Source: an uncultured Fibrobacterota bacterium
Lineage (GTDB): Bacteria > Fibrobacterota > CAYVZU01
Assembly (NCBI GenBank): GCA_964455935.1
Contig: CAYVZU010000008.1
Span: 299-64,298 of the forward strand
Length of the DNA stretch: 64,000 bases
Direction of reading: 5' to 3'
The notes below the pieces were generated by a model. It worked only from the letters and a program-made list of their open reading frames with translations. It did not search any database and was not told the DNA's origin. Of this stretch, positions 1 through 9,265 are shown one piece after another (the stretch's first letter is position 1; the number at the start of each line of letters is the position of its first letter). A program made the position numbers and the translations under genes.

Positions 1-1
1 G

Positions 2-709
2 ACCCAGGAGGCCCAGAAAATCTTTTCGTCGTCCACGTCCGTGTTCTTTGGGGCCACCCCCTTTATGCACATTCGCTCGGCGCTCCGATTTCTGATCTAC
101 GCTTTTGCCGTGATCGGACCGGCCGGTCTTGTCTACTTTGTTCTGGCGCCGCGGCAGCTCGATCGCCGTCAGCTCCTTTACCTTCTCCTTGGAACCATGC
201 CCCTGTTCCTTTATGGAACGCTGATTCACATTCCTCTCTCCTATTATTATGCGCCGGCCCTGAGCTTTGCTTTGTGCTGGTGTTTTTTCTGCGTGGGCGT
301 GCCAATGGCCAGAACGGGTGTCGCCATCCTTCTCGTTCTGAATATCGCATTCTTTTTCTGTGTACCGCGGCCGCAGTTCGAAAAACCGGACAAACCGTTT
401 GGCGAGCGTTCTTGGACCGCGAACGTAAAGAAGCAGGCCCTCTATCTTGGAGCCAATGGCGCACAGGAGCTTGTTGTTCGCCGCGACTTGATTGCAATGG
501 CCGATGCCCACCTGTCGCGGTCGGCTGTCTTCTATGTGCAGCCGGGAATCCTCTGGGATCGCATCTGGAATTATATGGCCGCCTATCGCTGGCACAACCA
601 CTCAACCGCAGTGCGCGATTCGGCCGAGGTGCGGCTGGAAATCAAGTCCGGCCAGAAAGAAACTCCTGTTGCGGAGTTCGGAAACGCAGGCATCCGGGAG
701 GGAAAGTAG
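2..709 (+). CDS. Hypothetical membrane protein, 5'-truncated at the window edge (the frame is open from position 2). Its stop lies 3 nt before the next gene.
   Basis: Open frame from the window start. Hydrophobic segments. Stop at 707-709 immediately precedes the GT2 start at 712. Confidence 0.45.
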   Translation, partial: TQEAQKIFSSSTSVFFGATPFMHIRSALRFLIYAFAVIGPAGLVYFVLAPRQLDRRQLLYLLLGTMPLFLYGTLIHIPLSYYYAPALSFALCWCFFCVGVPMARTGVAILLVLNIAFFFCVPRPQFEKPDKPFGERSWTANVKKQALYLGANGAQELVVRRDLIAMADAHLSRSAVFYVQPGILWDRIWNYMAAYRWHNHSTAVRDSAEVRLEIKSGQKETPVAEFGNAGIREGK

Positions 710-711
710 TT

Positions 712-1485
712 ATGCTTCAAAACCGAAGAGTGATTGTGGTGATGCCCGCCTACAATTCCGAGAAGACAATTGAAAAGACATACCGCGACATTCCGCTCGA
801 TGTGGTGGACGAGGTCCTTGTGATTGACGACTGCTCGCGCGATCACACCGTGGAGTCGGCGCGAAAGCTCAACCTGCAGGTCTTTTTGCATCAGAAAAAC
901 CTCGGCTACGGGGGGAACCAGAAGACCTGCTATCGCGAGGCCCTTAAGCGGAACGCCGATATCATCATCATGCTCCATCCCGATTATCAGTACCCGCCAA
1001 AACTGATTACCGCGATGGCGGGAATGATCTGCTCGGGCTTGTTCGACATTGTCCTTGGATCGCGCATTCTTTGCGGCATGGCTTTGAAGGGGGGAATGCC
1101 CTACTACAAATATGTCTTCAACCGGCTCCTTACTCTTACGCAAAACATTTTTCTTGGATTAAAACTCTCCGAATACCATACGGGATACCGGGCCTTTACA
1201 CGAGAGGTACTGGAAAGACTTCCGCTTCTGGAGAATTCCGACGATTTCGTTTTCGATAATCAGGTCATTGCGCAAGCGGCTCTTCTTGGGTTCCGAATCG
1301 GCGAGATCAGCGCGCCGGCAGTGTACTCCCAGGAATCCTCCTCCATCAACTTTCACCGCAGCGTCCGTTACGGCCTGGGCGTCCTGTGGACGGCCTGCCA
1401 GTTTGTTTTAGAAAAGAAAGGCCTGAGTCGGTTTCGAATCTTCAACGCTGCGGGACAAACGCTTCAACCAAAAAGCCGCGGCTGA
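712..1485 (+). CDS. Glycosyltransferase family 2 (DPM1-like, soluble)
   Basis: ATG at 712 preceded by GGGAGGGAAAG. Translation begins VIVVMPAYNSEKTIEKT...VIDDCSRDHT, a GT2 nucleotide-sugar binding fold with a DxD-like DD motif. Confidence 0.8.
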   Translation: MLQNRRVIVVMPAYNSEKTIEKTYRDIPLDVVDEVLVIDDCSRDHTVESARKLNLQVFLHQKNLGYGGNQKTCYREALKRNADIIIMLHPDYQYPPKLITAMAGMICSGLFDIVLGSRILCGMALKGGMPYYKYVFNRLLTLTQNIFLGLKLSEYHTGYRAFTREVLERLPLLENSDDFVFDNQVIAQAALLGFRIGEISAPAVYSQESSSINFHRSVRYGLGVLWTACQFVLEKKGLSRFRIFNAAGQTLQPKSRG

Positions 1486-2914
1486 TCAGGCCGGGGCGTC
1501 TCGCCCAAATCCTTAGGGCGGCATACTCAATACCCGCGGCAATCAGGATCGCCCGAAATGGCAGCCATGGAATGGTATACCGGGTCAACCCGATCTCCAC
1601 AGCCGCGGTAATCAGGTATCCGTAGCAGAAAACTCCCGCCGGCAAAGCCAAGCCGGAATGGCCCCCGGCCTTCGGGCGCAGAATGAAAGCCAGTGCCGCC
1701 AAGACCAGAAACCATGAAGTGGGATGCACCATGCCTCGCGCAAACCGCAAAAGACCCAAGGCCGGTCCACCACGGGGCATTGGCGCATTGTCAAGGCCCA
1801 GAAGAATGCGCGGGTCCGGATAATACTCGCGGCAGACAAAGAGCAGTCGGCCAAGATCCTCCCCAATGGCGCAAGCGTAGCGCAAGGGCGAACCGAGGAG
1901 CGACCGAAATGCCCATTGGCTCATGGCCCGGTCGGCTTCGGCATAGGTCATCATCCTATTTGGGACGAGCGTATACATCATATCGTGCGGGATGGCGTTG
2001 AGATCCCAATCGGCCAGAAGATCCGGACTCCGGTAATCGAGACCAAAACCGCGCCGTATCATTGCTTCCCGATACGATGCTTGCAAGGCCACCTGCTTCG
2101 GCGCGCCGCTCTCTAGCAGGCTGTAGGACACGGCCTTGGTCATCAGTGTCAACCCCTGCATCTGTGACCGGCCATAAATGGAATGATGTCGGAGGTTGTA
2201 CAGCGAAAACGGGGCATTCAGGATAATAAACGCCAAAACACACACGCCGAGCGCTTTCAGATCGCGGAAGCGACGCCTGCCCAAATTCCAGATCAGCAGG
2301 GCCGCCACGATCAAGGCAAAAAGGGGATCGGTAACTCCCCGCACATGCGAAGCCAGCGAAAATGTGGTTCCAAGAGCAATGGCCCGCCCAAAATTCGGTT
2401 TCCGGATGAAGGCTATCAGACCCAAAATGCAGAGGACAACGAAAGCAGTGGAAAGGCTCTCCGTCATAATCTCCTGACTGCTCTGCACCAGGAGTGGATC
2501 GATTGCGACCAGTAGCGCAGCGAACAAGGCCGCTGTTTTGCTCTGGCCGCAGCGCAACGCAAGCAGCCAGACCAGCGGCACCAGGCCCGCCATAAGCAGG
2601 TGCTGCAATAGGGTTGGATCTTTGAGCCCGGCCCGGCTCGAGGTGAATGTCTGCAAAAATAGCGGGTAAAGGGGCGCCCGGCGAATCGCCATGGGATTGG
2701 ATTTCCACGAACGCGCCCACTCGACATATTCGGGCGAATCGCCGGTGAAGGCTACAGGATGCTCGGTTCCATACCGCAGATGCGCAACGAGACTCAGGAG
2801 AACACAGCAAGCCAGAAGAATTTCATGCCTGCATCCAAGGCGGACCGCAAGCACCACAACCGCAAAGAGCAGAATGACCGGCAGAATTTCATAGAGGAGC
2901 AAAAACGCCATCAT
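1442..2914 (-). CDS. Polytopic membrane glycosyltransferase, GT-C / PMT_2 (ArnT-like)
   Basis: About 12 predicted TM helices. The motif FTGDSPEYVEWA..RAPLYPLFL resembles the D-E..(h)PPLy motifs of ArnT/PMT-family GT-C enzymes. The start ATGATG at 2914 overlaps the upstream stop (ATGA). Confidence 0.6.
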   Translation of the reverse strand: MMAFLLLYEILPVILLFAVVVLAVRLGCRHEILLACCVLLSLVAHLRYGTEHPVAFTGDSPEYVEWARSWKSNPMAIRRAPLYPLFLQTFTSSRAGLKDPTLLQHLLMAGLVPLVWLLALRCGQSKTAALFAALLVAIDPLLVQSSQEIMTESLSTAFVVLCILGLIAFIRKPNFGRAIALGTTFSLASHVRGVTDPLFALIVAALLIWNLGRRRFRDLKALGVCVLAFIILNAPFSLYNLRHHSIYGRSQMQGLTLMTKAVSYSLLESGAPKQVALQASYREAMIRRGFGLDYRSPDLLADWDLNAIPHDMMYTLVPNRMMTYAEADRAMSQWAFRSLLGSPLRYACAIGEDLGRLLFVCREYYPDPRILLGLDNAPMPRGGPALGLLRFARGMVHPTSWFLVLAALAFILRPKAGGHSGLALPAGVFCYGYLITAAVEIGLTRYTIPWLPFRAILIAAGIEYAALRIWARRPGLISRGFLVEAFVPQR

Positions 2915-4215
2915 CAGCCGCCGTAGTGGGGGAGCCGTGTCCAGTTCATCCAGCCTTGAATCAGGATCAGCAGCGCCACGCCGGCAATCCAGAACGATTT
3001 TCCACGGAGCCCAAGGCGCTCCGCGAGGATCCATTCCAATCCCTTTGCCGCCAGGGCAAAGCAAAGAACCATGGAGTGAAGCCCGTACACCGCGTGAAGC
3101 CTGTTGATAAAGAAGTAAAACCCAAAATCAGCGGCAAAGAAGACAGCGATCAGCGCGATAAGCTTTGTGCTTCCAGCCCGAATAAACGCGTATAGACCAA
3201 TGGCCATCAGAGCCATTTGCGCATATCCCGTGTTCTCCCACAGCACCTGGCACCAGCCCCTACCAAAACGAAGAAGCTCCCTGGCCAATGAGGCCGAGGA
3301 TTGCAGCGACCCGACCCAGATAATTTCGTCATAGCCGCTCACTTCACTGAATTGGTAGGGAATTTCCATTGCGAAGCATGCCAGAATCCAGAGTAGTTGG
3401 GGGACGGCGGCCGCCCCCAGAAACAGGAACACATCCGGCTTCCTTCGAAAAACAGCGTAGAGCGCCGCACCCGCCAAAAATGTGCTGGCCGCCTGTTTGC
3501 CCAAAAAAAGAATCCCCAACACAGCCGCAAAGATTGCCAGGCGGCCGCGACTTATTTTGCCAAACGAGGCTTCGGACCAAAATGCAAGACTTGCCGTGGT
3601 GATCAGTATCTCCAGGCAGCCATATTGAATTTCGCGGAGACTGAGAATCACAATCGGGGTCGCTAGCAGAATGATTCCGGAGAACAGGGCCGCTATCTCG
3701 CCCAGAAATTTGCGGCAGAAATGGACATATGCCAGCACAGCCAAAGCCAGGAAAACAACATTCAAATCAAGCCAGAGAAAATACGTGGCCAAAGTGTCTA
3801 CTGCGCTCCAGGCACCCCATTGGACCGAGTGCCAGCGGACCGGCAAATGATCGAGAACAAGCGGCCGGATCGCGAACTCCCGTACCAGGGCCGTGAGTCC
3901 CGCAACCAAGGGACGATTGACGCGCAGAGTGAAATCCCGCAATATCCACGGAAAACCCAGAGACGAAATGAGTTCGCCGGGTCCATCCATGTTGGTTTGA
4001 TAATAGATCGGAAAGAGCCGCGGATGCGTCACATAGACTTTGGGATGAACTCTCGAAAACATGGGCAGGACAAGAGATAGAGCAAAAACCGCCAGCAGCA
4101 GCAGGCCCATAAGCGCATACGGCCAACGGCCCAACAACCGCTTCTTTTTGGTGTTGTTCGTCCGGATGGCCGCTTCCGGACTCTGTTTGTGCGCAACGCT
4201 GGATGCCGTTTCCAT
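2914..4215 (-). CDS. Polytopic integral membrane protein, putative GT-C-like, function unknown
   Basis: Highly hydrophobic 433 aa. The ATG at 4215 overlaps the upstream stop (ATGA). Confidence 0.55.
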   Translation of the reverse strand: METASSVAHKQSPEAAIRTNNTKKKRLLGRWPYALMGLLLLAVFALSLVLPMFSRVHPKVYVTHPRLFPIYYQTNMDGPGELISSLGFPWILRDFTLRVNRPLVAGLTALVREFAIRPLVLDHLPVRWHSVQWGAWSAVDTLATYFLWLDLNVVFLALAVLAYVHFCRKFLGEIAALFSGIILLATPIVILSLREIQYGCLEILITTASLAFWSEASFGKISRGRLAIFAAVLGILFLGKQAASTFLAGAALYAVFRRKPDVFLFLGAAAVPQLLWILACFAMEIPYQFSEVSGYDEIIWVGSLQSSASLARELLRFGRGWCQVLWENTGYAQMALMAIGLYAFIRAGSTKLIALIAVFFAADFGFYFFINRLHAVYGLHSMVLCFALAAKGLEWILAERLGLRGKSFWIAGVALLILIQGWMNWTRLPHYGG

Positions 4216-5633
4216 CAGGGCTGCCTCCTGGAATCGTTTCTGATAAGCAGTTCAATGAACTTTCCGGAGAAAGCCTTTGCAAACCGATCAGAGCTATTCT
4301 GGACTGAGATTGCGTCGCCGGCGCGCCTTTGTTTGTAGACCAGCAGCGCGTCATAGAAATTCGCCTCGGCCGAATCCGGGGCCGCCATGGTCGCTGGGAC
4401 AGGGCGGAATCCGTTGGCATGCGTCAGTCCGCAAAGGGGGGATACAAGCATGAAGGGTGTGTATCCGTCTTTATAGAAAGAACAATAGAAGAAGGCTTTC
4501 TGCTCGGGCGAGCCGGTGAATTCAAGGACCGGCCGCACTCTTGCCCGGGCCGGCAGGCGCATGGCCGCCTGCTCAATTTCCGCGTAGAAAGGCTTTAGGG
4601 ATCGTTGTTTTTGGATCTGGCCGGTATGCCACACCAGAGCGGCTGAAAGAAGAATGCACGATAAAACCGTCCTGATTATTTTCGCGTTAGGTGCCTGAAG
4701 TGAAAGCGGAAAAATCAAAAGGGCAAAAAGGCCAAATCTCATTTCCGTGAACCCCACGTGCGACACCCACGAGGGGACTAGAAAAGCCATCATGACAACG
4801 AGGACGGGAACCGCGGCAATGCCGGCCGGCATACGCCGGACTCCGGCAATCCAAATTGCGATAGCCCCCAGAAGCGCAATGCGCATCAGCGGCACCTCGA
4901 TCGAAGGATTCCAGTCGTGCAGAAGCCAAAGTATCCGGTTGAGCTTTGTCACAGGCTCGAACGACTGCTTCAGGAAAGTGTGGCTCAGCAAGGAGGCGGC
5001 AAGAAGAAGCAGAAAATAGGCCGCGGCCAGGCCAAGCCGGACATTACGGCTCCTGCTACGCGCGAAAACGATCCATACCAGAACCGCGGCCCCCAGGAGA
5101 AAGGCCAGGGGGTGCGCGGCCGCGGCGGCCAGAAATGCGCAAGCAGCCGCGGCCATTTTTAAACGGTGCGGCAGGCCCGACACGAATGCTGCCAATCCCA
5201 GCATGGCAAACGCGTAACCGGCCAGAAGATCGATGGAGCCGCCGTTGAACCACCAATTGTAGACGAAGAGGGCCGGCCAAAGGCCAAACGGCCAAAACGG
5301 CTGTCCCCTCGCCTTAAGCAAGGCGAGCCCCGCGGCCAACAGCAGAAGAACGCAAATGGACAGCGTCAGTTTTCCGGCCGTAAAGACTCCAAAAGGGAAA
5401 CTCAGCAGAAAGGTTGTGCCATCGAAGAAGTAGTAGGTGCGCAGGCCGGTCCACCGATATTGGTAGTAATGCTCCCATCCCGTTGCGCCGTCGTGCAGGC
5501 CGCGGGCGATTTTAACGCGCAGAAGGTGATCCGGGTAATCCAGTAGTGCGGGATATTTCACCGACCAAATCGGCGTGATGAGCAGCAGAAAGTAAAAGAG
5601 AAGTCCGGTAGCGCGAAGGAAAGCTCGGTTCAT
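4215..5633 (-). CDS. Polytopic integral membrane protein, putative GT-C-like, function unknown
   Basis: Start taken at MNRAFL (5633), which overlaps the GT2 stop at 5630 (ATGA). The longer ORF-track start at 6014 would overlap the whole upstream gene, so I reject it. Confidence 0.55.
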   Translation of the reverse strand: MNRAFLRATGLLFYFLLLITPIWSVKYPALLDYPDHLLRVKIARGLHDGATGWEHYYQYRWTGLRTYYFFDGTTFLLSFPFGVFTAGKLTLSICVLLLLAAGLALLKARGQPFWPFGLWPALFVYNWWFNGGSIDLLAGYAFAMLGLAAFVSGLPHRLKMAAAACAFLAAAAAHPLAFLLGAAVLVWIVFARSRSRNVRLGLAAAYFLLLLAASLLSHTFLKQSFEPVTKLNRILWLLHDWNPSIEVPLMRIALLGAIAIWIAGVRRMPAGIAAVPVLVVMMAFLVPSWVSHVGFTEMRFGLFALLIFPLSLQAPNAKIIRTVLSCILLSAALVWHTGQIQKQRSLKPFYAEIEQAAMRLPARARVRPVLEFTGSPEQKAFFYCSFYKDGYTPFMLVSPLCGLTHANGFRPVPATMAAPDSAEANFYDALLVYKQRRAGDAISVQNSSDRFAKAFSGKFIELLIRNDSRRQP

Positions 5634-6580
5634 TGCTCGAGGTTTGCCGTTTCCTCGACTACATAAAGGGGGCGCTGCTTCACTTCGTTGTATACACGGG
5701 AAAGGTATTCGCCCATAACGCCCAGAAATACCATTTGCATTCCACCCAGAAGCAGCACGACCGAAAGTATCGAAGCCCAGCCGCGAACGGCTCTCTCCGT
5801 AAAGAGAGCGATATACACCGCATATCCCAGGTAGAGGGCGCTCAACAGAAACACGAAAAGGCCGACGTAAAACGCCATGCGCAACGGAAACGCCGTAAAC
5901 GAGGTGATCGCGTCCGCGGCCAGCCGGGCCATTTTGTGGAAGGTATAGCGGCTGTCCTTGCTTCGGCGGGAATCCACGCTGAATTCCAGCAGCACGGGCT
6001 TGAACCCCAGCCAATTCACCAGGCCGCGCAGAAAGCGGTCGCGTTCTTTCAACCGCAGGAATTCATCCACAACCTGCCGATCCATGAGCCGGAAGTCCGG
6101 CACATTGATGCCGATAGGAATTTTCGACCAGTGGTTGAAAAGGGAGTAGAAGACCCGGGTACCGATTCGTTTTAGAAACGGCAGGCCTTGTTCCTGTTTG
6201 CGAACCGCCAAAACAAGCTTGGCGCCGTTTTTCCATGCCTCGATCATTTGGGGAACCATTTGCGGCGGATGCTCGAGATCCGAATCCATGGTGAGAACGG
6301 CCCTTCCTTTGGCCGCTTCGATTCCGGCGCTCAAGGCGATTTGCTGGCCGAAATTGCGCGCAAGGCGAATGCCGCGAATGCGGGAATTTTCGCGGCCCAG
6401 CTGACGAATTAAAGTCCAGGTCCCGTCGCTGCTGCCGTCATCGACGAAGACGATCTCGTAAGACAGCTTCTGCTCTTCCAAAACGGGCAGGACTTGCTCG
6501 CAGAACTCGGCAAGAGTGCTTGCCTCGTTGTAGGCCGGTGAAACGATGCTTACATCCATGCGGAACCTCTTGGAAAACAA
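5630..6580 (-). CDS. Polyprenyl-phosphate glycosyltransferase, GT2 (GtrB/ArnC-like) with a C-terminal TM hairpin
   Basis: Begins VSIVSPAYNEASTL..VFVDDGSSDGT and carries a DSDLEHPP motif. Two C-terminal TM helices are typical of Und-P-sugar synthases. Confidence 0.85.
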   Translation of the reverse strand: MFSKRFRMDVSIVSPAYNEASTLAEFCEQVLPVLEEQKLSYEIVFVDDGSSDGTWTLIRQLGRENSRIRGIRLARNFGQQIALSAGIEAAKGRAVLTMDSDLEHPPQMVPQMIEAWKNGAKLVLAVRKQEQGLPFLKRIGTRVFYSLFNHWSKIPIGINVPDFRLMDRQVVDEFLRLKERDRFLRGLVNWLGFKPVLLEFSVDSRRSKDSRYTFHKMARLAADAITSFTAFPLRMAFYVGLFVFLLSALYLGYAVYIALFTERAVRGWASILSVVLLLGGMQMVFLGVMGEYLSRVYNEVKQRPLYVVEETANLEQ

Positions 6581-6635
6581 TATAAACTTTCTTTTCTGCT
6601 CCTATTAGGAACAAACGTACTTATATTTTGGAAGG

Positions 6636-7529
6636 ATGACCCGCATCGACCCAACTCTGTCCGTTATCATTCCAACCTACAACCGGCACGCTCTTTTGCG
6701 GCGCGCAGTGGCTTCCGTATTGGAGTGTGGCGCCGGCCTGGCGCAGGTCATTGTGGTTGACCAGACCCCCGGTTGCCGGCCGCTGCACCAGCAGCTTTTG
6801 GCCGAGTTTCCCGGCATTGACTTTGTTGCGCTGCCAAAGGCCAACCTTCCGGCAGCGCGCAACGCCGGGGTTGCCCGAAGCAAAGCCCAAATCGTCTTCT
6901 TCCTGGATGACGATGCGATTGTCCGGCCGGGCTGTTTTGAAGCCCATCTGGCCGCGCATGGCCGGGAATCCGTCGAAGCAGTGGCAGGCCGAATCCGGAA
7001 CGTAAACGGCCCTGCCTGGCCCAAAACCCCCCAAGTAACAAGGATCAATCCTGAAACAGGCGAGGGGGTCGGTAATTTCGATCTCGATTATGAAGGTCCT
7101 GTGCTCTATGCGTGCGGGGCGCATATGTCGATCAAGCGCAGCGCTTTGGAAAAAACAGGCGGCTTCGACGCTCATTTCCGGGGAAATGCTCTCTTTGAGG
7201 AGACGGACTTCTTTTTCCGGCTGCGCAAAAGCGGCGGCCTTGTGTGGTATACGCCCCAAGCGGTCGTCGATCATCTTTTGGAGCCCGCGGGCGGCTGCCG
7301 CAAAGAGCAGGGATATCCCTATCTGCTCGACCGAATTCACAATCATGCCCTGTTCTACTTCCGCCATGTCCGCCGGACCCCGTCCAAGAGCTTTCTCGCT
7401 TACATGAGAAATCTGATTGAATTTGCATCGCGATCCGGGTCCGGACACGATCTTTCAAAAGCGATCCGGTGTTTGACGGAACTGACGCGGGCCTACCTTC
7501 ACCATTTCAGTGTCCGGGCGGACGTATGA
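6636..7529 (+). CDS. Glycosyltransferase family 2
   Basis: Begins LSVIIPTYNRHALL, with FLDDDA (DxD). Divergent from the operon at 5630..6580. Confidence 0.8.
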   Translation: MTRIDPTLSVIIPTYNRHALLRRAVASVLECGAGLAQVIVVDQTPGCRPLHQQLLAEFPGIDFVALPKANLPAARNAGVARSKAQIVFFLDDDAIVRPGCFEAHLAAHGRESVEAVAGRIRNVNGPAWPKTPQVTRINPETGEGVGNFDLDYEGPVLYACGAHMSIKRSALEKTGGFDAHFRGNALFEETDFFFRLRKSGGLVWYTPQAVVDHLLEPAGGCRKEQGYPYLLDRIHNHALFYFRHVRRTPSKSFLAYMRNLIEFASRSGSGHDLSKAIRCLTELTRAYLHHFSVRADV

Positions 7530-8629
7530 AGATTGCCTGGATCTATCCCTTCGAACCCAAGCTGGGGAATTCGCTTTACGGCGCTTCCTATGCCCGCGCC
7601 TTGCGCCGCCTTGTTGAGATCGAGGAAATTGACGTGGCCGAGTGCCTGAAGGACTCGGCCGGCGTGTTCGAGAGAATCAACGCGTGCGATACGGCGCACA
7701 TCCAATACGAGATCAATTTTTTCAACCAGGCCGGCACGAACGGCTATGACCGAATCTGCCGACGAATCCATCGGCCCATGGCGGCATCTCTTCATGAACT
7801 GTATCGGAGAATGCCCAATGTATTTCCGCGCGAGGAAATAGCGGGGCCGTGGCCGGTCAAAAAGCTCAAGCAGATCATTTACGATCTCCGCCACCCGGCC
7901 TGCACATTGGTTCGCCGCCACCGCGATTGCCGGTTTCATGCGGATCGGGTGGTCGTGCACTATCCCTATCAGAAAGCCATTCTTGTCGAGCAAGGAATCC
8001 CGGCCCGCCTTGTGGAGATCATTACGCACCCCGTGGTTCCACTGGAGTTGCCCGGCGCGGAGGAGGTCTCGGCAAAGGAACCGCTCAACCTGGGCGCAAC
8101 CGGATTTATCAACCTCAACTACGATTACGATCAGCTCATCGATGCCCTGGCCCTGCTCAAGCGGCCCTGGCGGTTCACCTGGGCGGGCGGACTTCGCCGC
8201 GAGGAAGACAAGAGTCTCCTTGAATCGATTCAGAACAAGGTTGCCGCCAGGGGCTGGAAAGACCGGTTTGAAATCACCGGATGGATTTCCGAGGAGGAGC
8301 TCATCCGCCACTTGGCAAGCTTCCAGGTAGTGCTGGCCCTGTTTTCGGCCCGCAGCACATCAGGAACCTTGGCCAAAGCGATTGCGGCACGAAGCGCTAT
8401 TGTGGCGCGCAGAATGGAGTTGACCCTGGATCTGAATGCCGAACGGCCGATTATGCTTCTCACCGGCGAATCGGCCGAAGAAGCCGCCAACCAGATCGCC
8501 CGTGCTGCCGAGGACGCCCCATTGCGGCGGCGGTTAATGGCCAACATCGATCTCTACGTCACCGATCACACGTATGACAAAATGGCCCGGCAGGTTGTTG
8601 CCATGCACGAAGGCCTGCTGCGCGGCTGA
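7526..8629 (+). CDS. Putative GT-B fold glycosyltransferase (GT4-like, divergent)
   Basis: The ATG at 7526 overlaps the upstream stop (ATGA). The C-terminal half resembles GT1/GT4 donor-binding domains. Weak call. Confidence 0.45.
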   Translation: MKIAWIYPFEPKLGNSLYGASYARALRRLVEIEEIDVAECLKDSAGVFERINACDTAHIQYEINFFNQAGTNGYDRICRRIHRPMAASLHELYRRMPNVFPREEIAGPWPVKKLKQIIYDLRHPACTLVRRHRDCRFHADRVVVHYPYQKAILVEQGIPARLVEIITHPVVPLELPGAEEVSAKEPLNLGATGFINLNYDYDQLIDALALLKRPWRFTWAGGLRREEDKSLLESIQNKVAARGWKDRFEITGWISEEELIRHLASFQVVLALFSARSTSGTLAKAIAARSAIVARRMELTLDLNAERPIMLLTGESAEEAANQIARAAEDAPLRRRLMANIDLYVTDHTYDKMARQVVAMHEGLLRG

Positions 8630-8780
8630 GATTGCCGATCCAAAACGGATCGACCGGACACCTCAATGCCGCAGTGGATCCGTGGTTGAAAAATGGGACG
8701 ATCTTGCCCCGGATTTTCGGATGGAAAATTGCGTCCGCCCGCCGCGATGCGCCAGGGCGGTTCCGGCGGGAAAAACCCAA

Positions 8781-9014
8781 TCACATTGTCAACGCCACGC
8801 CCTCAAGGACCGAAAGAAGCGAAAGCATGTGCTCGCCGGCCTCGGCCAGGTTTGAGCCCGTAGCATGGACAACCACCGGACCCTTGGAGAGGACAATCAC
8901 CCAGATCCGCTTCTGGTCCTTTTTGCGGATCCAGGAATTCATTTCACAGTTCCATCCGTAGTTGGAGGTATAAACCTTCAGCTTGCGAACGCACCGGGCG
9001 AGCACTGTCGCCAT
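8781..9014 (-). CDS. Small hypothetical protein (77 aa)
   Basis: ORF only. No recognisable family. Confidence 0.25.
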   Translation of the reverse strand: MATVLARCVRKLKVYTSNYGWNCEMNSWIRKKDQKRIWVIVLSKGPVVVHATGSNLAEAGEHMLSLLSVLEGVALTM

Positions 9015-9190
9015 AAAGGCCTCCTTGCCTGCTCGCTTCCCATGCCGATCGGAAAACTCCTAATTGCGGCCCTGGGTCTGGATTATCTCCCTGGCATCTC
9101 GCCGGATGCCATTCTTTTTATCGGATTGTTTCGACCCGGGTTGATCGCGATTTCATGGAGAAAAAAGGCTGAAGGAGAACTTAACAAAGA

Positions 9191-9211
9191 ACCTGAAACC
9201 GAGCTTCAGGT
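9191..9211 (-). terminator. Hairpin ACCTGAAGCUCGGUUUCAGGU plus a U-rich tail, downstream of the DUF2225 gene
   Basis: A 7-bp stem and 7-nt loop, followed on the minus strand by UCUUUGUU. Confidence 0.4.
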
Positions 9212-9265
9212 TTAGCAATACGAAACGGCTTTGATTCCCGATTCTGATGCGTTCTGCGCTGGCTC

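Noticed and set aside
5633-6175. 180-aa plus-strand ORF, and the 6014 upstream extension of the membrane-protein gene
   Set aside because: Both overlap the GT2 gene 5630..6580. The membrane protein is better started at 5633, where it is ATGA-coupled.
7499-8311. 270-aa minus-strand ORF
   Set aside because: Antisense to the GT-B glycosyltransferase gene.
8630-8780. Short ORFs and possible small RNA in the gap after the glycosyltransferase cluster
   Set aside because: No RBS, no structure and no conserved motif recognised.
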